Shown here: in pieces, positions 15,012 through 18,206 of the stretch | Numbering within the stretch: the stretch's first letter is position 1 | Layout of the letters: each line of letters starts with the position of its first letter | Source: Opitutales bacterium | GTDB taxonomy: Bacteria > Verrucomicrobiota > Verrucomicrobiia > Opitutales > UBA953 | NCBI GenBank assembly: GCA_040398005.1 | Contig: JBBAUX010000001.1 | Coordinates: 226,969 to 245,174, forward strand | DNA: 18,206 nucleotides | Direction of reading: 5' to 3' | Program-made: the position numbers and the translations under genes | Notes under the pieces: model-generated | Told to the model about the DNA's origin: nothing | What the model saw: only the letters and a program-made list of their open reading frames with translations | Databases searched by the model: none

Positions 15012-16310
15012 TTAGGCGGGTTTACTATCCGAGATTACTGCTTTGCCACCGACGAAGGTTGAATGGATGCGACTCGAGAAAGTTTTTCCGATGAGCGGAT
15101 TGTTACCCGATTTTGATAACTGATTTTCGGTATTAAACCTCCACGAAGTTTTGGGATTAATTAAAACGAAATCCGCCGCTGCCCCGACGCTTAAAGTTCC
15201 GGCATCAATCCCGAGCACTTTAGCTGGGCCCGTGGTGAGTCGGGTAATCAGTAATTTAACATCTAAATGTCCGGTGGCGACGAGGGCATCGTAGGCCGCA
15301 GAAAAAGCGGTTTCTAAAGTCGCTGCACCGAAGGGCGCTAAATCGAATTCACAATCCTTCTCCGTGCTCGTACACGGAGAGTGATCGGAGCAGATAGCAT
15401 CGATAGTGCCGTCAATTAACGCAGCGATAAGAGCGGCTCGGTCGGATTCCTCGCGCAATGGAGGATTTACTTTCAGGCGAGTATCATAATGTGCCAAGGC
15501 AGCATCGGTGAGTAGAAGGTGCAAGACCGACACTTCAGCTGTGACGGGAAGTTTATTGGATTTGGCTCGACGAATAATTTCCGCGGAACCGGCGGATGAA
15601 ATGTGTTGAAGGTGAATACGGGCCTTGGTGAGGCTTGCGAGAACGCAGTCACTCGAGACCACAATTTCTTCAGCAGCGCGAGGCCAGCCACGAAGTCCAA
15701 GACGAAGAGACCAAGTACCTTCGTGCATTTGCGCTCCTTCGGTCATGCTGCTATCCTGACAGTGATCGAGTACGACTAAGTTAAAAGTGTTAGCGTACTC
15801 TAAAGCACGACGCATGATTTCGTTATTCTGTACGCCCGAAGTGGTATCGGTTGCCGCAATGATTCCCGCTTTTTTGAGCGAGCCCATCGGGGCCAGTGCT
15901 TTGCCTTCTTGCTGTTTAGTCAGTGTACTCGCGGGCAGAACGTTCACGACGGCATGCGCGTCACAAAGCTCACGAATGAGTTGAATGGTCCCGACATTAT
16001 CCGCTGTCGGAATCGTATCGGGCATCGTCACAACCGTCGTGAAACCACCAAGCGCAGCGGCGAGCGTACCGGTGCGGAAGGTTTCGCGTGCGCTGCGACC
16101 CGGTTCACCGAGTCGACAGTTCAGATCAATGAAACCAGGGGAAAGAATGAGACCCTTCGCGTCGATGACTTGAGCAGACTTAATTTCTTCGGCTGAAAGT
16201 TGAGCGACGAATTTTCCGTCTTTAACAAAAACATCGCCGACTTCATCGCGACTGTGAGCAGGGTCGATGACGTGGGCACCGCGGACGAGAATGATATTTT
16301 TATGATTCAT
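15012..16310 (-). CDS. pyrC: Dihydroorotase-family protein, probably catalytically inactive PyrC'
   Basis: [41 protein letters not shown] overlap with pyrB; HxH metal motif replaced by NCR. Confidence 0.88.
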   Translation of the reverse strand: MNHKNIILVRGAHVIDPAHSRDEVGDVFVKDGKFVAQLSAEEIKSAQVIDAKGLILSPGFIDLNCRLGEPGRSARETFRTGTLAAALGGFTTVVTMPDTIPTADNVGTIQLIRELCDAHAVVNVLPASTLTKQQEGKALAPMGSLKKAGIIAATDTTSGVQNNEIMRRALEYANTFNLVVLDHCQDSSMTEGAQMHEGTWSLRLGLRGWPRAAEEIVVSSDCVLASLTKARIHLQHISSAGSAEIIRRAKSNKLPVTAEVSVLHLLLTDAALAHYDTRLKVNPPLREESDRAALIAALIDGTIDAICSDHSPCTSTEKDCEFDLAPFGAATLETAFSAAYDALVATGHLDVKLLITRLTTGPAKVLGIDAGTLSVGAAADFVLINPKTSWRFNTENQLSKSGNNPLIGKTFSSRIHSTFVGGKAVISDSKPA

Positions 16311-17248
16311 CGTTTGAGGGCCGAGGTGCAGAGGTAAAGAACAGCCATCCGGACGGCCACGCCATTACGCACCTGTTCGAGGATGACGGAGCGAGGTCCG
16401 TCGGCCACATCGCTGTCGACTTCGACACCGCGATTGATGGGACCCGGGTGCATGACCACTGCATTAGGTTTCATCCACGCCGCGCGTTCTGCATTTAAAC
16501 CGAACTGTGAAGTGTATTCAGCGAGCGAAGGGAAGTGAGTGGTCGTTTGACGCTCGTGCTGAATGCGTAGGAGCATCACTGCGTCGGCGTCGGAAAGAGC
16601 GGTTTTTAAATCGTGGACAATGCGAACCTGAGGGAAGGCTTGAGCTAAGGATAACGGTACTAAAGTCGCTGGACCCGCGAGCGTGACTTGGGCGCCTAAT
16701 TTAGTGAGACAGTGGATATTGGATCGGGCGACGCGACTGAAAAGAATGTCGCCTAAAATAGTTACCTTGAGTCCTTCGACCTTACCAAATTTTTGTTTGA
16801 GCGTAAACGCGTCGAGCAATGCTTGCGTAGGATGCTCGTGGGCGCCGTCGCCGGCATTGATCACGGAAATGTCGAGAACTTCACCGAGGTAACGAGGCGC
16901 GCCAGCGGAAGAGTGACGAATGACAATCGCATCCACACCCATAGCGCGAATGTTCATGGCGGTATCGCGCAGTGTTTCACCTTTAACGAGTGATGAAGCC
17001 GTGGTGTTGATCGATACTACTTCAGCCCCTAATTTTTTCGCTGAGATTTCGAAGGCAGTGCAGGTACGAGTACTTGGTTCTAAGAAAAGATTTACGACGG
17101 TGCGACCATGCATGAGGTCGAGTCCTTTACCTGGGGCTAAAGCGGGGAGAAATTTTTCCGCCTGATCAAAAAGAAATTCTATCTCGGCCCGGGAAAGTGT
17201 CTCGATGCCGGTTAGGTCTTTTTTGGTCCAGGTAGTTTGTTGAGCCAT
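16307..17248 (-). CDS. pyrB: Aspartate carbamoyltransferase catalytic subunit
   Basis: [49 protein letters not shown]. Confidence 0.97.
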   Translation of the reverse strand: MAQQTTWTKKDLTGIETLSRAEIEFLFDQAEKFLPALAPGKGLDLMHGRTVVNLFLEPSTRTCTAFEISAKKLGAEVVSINTTASSLVKGETLRDTAMNIRAMGVDAIVIRHSSAGAPRYLGEVLDISVINAGDGAHEHPTQALLDAFTLKQKFGKVEGLKVTILGDILFSRVARSNIHCLTKLGAQVTLAGPATLVPLSLAQAFPQVRIVHDLKTALSDADAVMLLRIQHERQTTTHFPSLAEYTSQFGLNAERAAWMKPNAVVMHPGPINRGVEVDSDVADGPRSVILEQVRNGVAVRMAVLYLCTSALKR

Positions 17249-17413
17249 ACGTTTTATTCCGGTGGCTCTAACAGTGGGCTAGAACCATTGGAAAAGTGAG
17301 ACAGGTGAGGGGGGTGGCAAGAAAGAATCGATGAATGCCCAAATTTTCGTTTAAACCCTCAAAAAATGGGCATCTGGCTGGACTGTCGGAATGGGTTAAT
17401 TAAGTTGCTGGGT

Positions 17414-18206
17414 ATGAAATTAAGCTGGAGTACGCGTATCATCATTTGGGTCGTTTGTGTGATGGTTGGTTTAACCGCTGGTTATATTATTCGTAAGCCA
17501 AGTGTTAAAACTGACGGACTTCAGCGAGTCACGGTGCAACTCGATTGGTTTCCTGAACCAGAGCATGGTGGACTTTATCAAGCGCTCGCTAAGGGATGGT
17601 TTAAAGAGGAAGGCTTAGACGTCGTTCTCCTTCCTGGCGGGGGTAACGTGAAGGTGACACAGATTGTGGCCACGGGTCGGGCGGACATTGGTCAATCTGC
17701 CACCACGCAAGTCATCCAAGCTCGTGCGGCTGGTTTACCTCTTTGTAACGTGGCAGCCGTTTTTCAACGCATGCCATTGTGCCTCATGGTGCATGAAGGA
17801 TCGTCGGTGAAATCGTATCGCGATCTGGTGGGTCGAGTCATTATTGCCCGACCCGAAGCCGCGTGGATTCCTTTCTTGAAAAATAAATTAGGCGCTGATT
17901 TCTCCATTCGTCCGCAGACTTATGGCCAAGGCGATTTCCTCCGTGACCCCGAAGCAATCCAAGAAGGATTCTTTACGGCTGAGCCTTATTTTCTTCAACA
18001 GGCTGGGGCGAAAGTGAGATGCTTGCCGTTATCTGATTTCGGGTATTCGTCTGCTGCGACGTTGTTCACGACCGATGAGTGGCTGAAAAAGAATCCGGAA
18101 GTACTCGCAAAGTTTTTGAAGGCCTATGTGCGCGGATGGCAGGATTACCTTACCCAGGATCCGTCTCTCGCTCATGACCTGATGAAAAAAGATAATCCAA
18201 AACTGG
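17414..18206 (+). CDS. NMT1/THI5-like ABC transporter substrate-binding protein (partial, runs off window end)
   Basis: Hand translation from ATG 17414: MKLSWSTRIIIWVVCVMVGLTAGY...VTVQLDWFPEPEHGGLYQALAKGWFKEEGLDVVLLPGG; absent from the ORF track, consistent with no stop inside the window. Confidence 0.88.
   Translation, partial: MKLSWSTRIIIWVVCVMVGLTAGYIIRKPSVKTDGLQRVTVQLDWFPEPEHGGLYQALAKGWFKEEGLDVVLLPGGGNVKVTQIVATGRADIGQSATTQVIQARAAGLPLCNVAAVFQRMPLCLMVHEGSSVKSYRDLVGRVIIARPEAAWIPFLKNKLGADFSIRPQTYGQGDFLRDPEAIQEGFFTAEPYFLQQAGAKVRCLPLSDFGYSSAATLFTTDEWLKKNPEVLAKFLKAYVRGWQDYLTQDPSLAHDLMKKDNPKL

Noticed and set aside
5839..17165. Numerous 60-150 aa alternative-frame or antisense ORFs within housekeeping genes
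   Set aside because: Overlap well-supported genes and show no recognisable motifs; treated as shadow ORFs.
17249..17413. TPP riboswitch or PyrR attenuator
   Set aside because: No CUGAGA/CCUGA TPP core and no PyrR-binding loop consensus or U-tailed attenuator seen.

Overview
Bacterial chromosomal window, most likely Verrucomicrobiota (Opitutales-like); this is inferred from the protein families and cannot be proven here. The right 13 kb (5171-18206) is ordinary housekeeping DNA: glnS, gltX, a SurA/PpiD-like chaperone, folA, tRNA-Arg(CCG), an MFS transporter, an SGNH hydrolase, a DUF5069-like protein, thiL, a CPBP protease, pyrC (probably inactive PyrC'), pyrB and a partial NMT1/THI5-type binding protein. 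The left 5 kb lies downstream of a tRNA-Ser(GGA) gene and looks accessory. It holds small gene blocks (a three-gene metal-handling operon, an SGNH hydrolase, a secreted protein, and a fasciclin gene plus two micro membrane proteins). These blocks are separated by five copies of a palindromic element I do not recognise: arms of tandem 8-mers around a 52-54 nt AT-rich core with a position-conserved triloop hairpin. Two copies of the tRNA-Ser 3' end with RtT-like sequence alternate with these elements. A 17-bp exact inverted repeat links one element to the tRNA promoter region. No integrase, transposase or cas gene is in the window, so the idea of a tRNA-anchored cassette array is a hypothesis.
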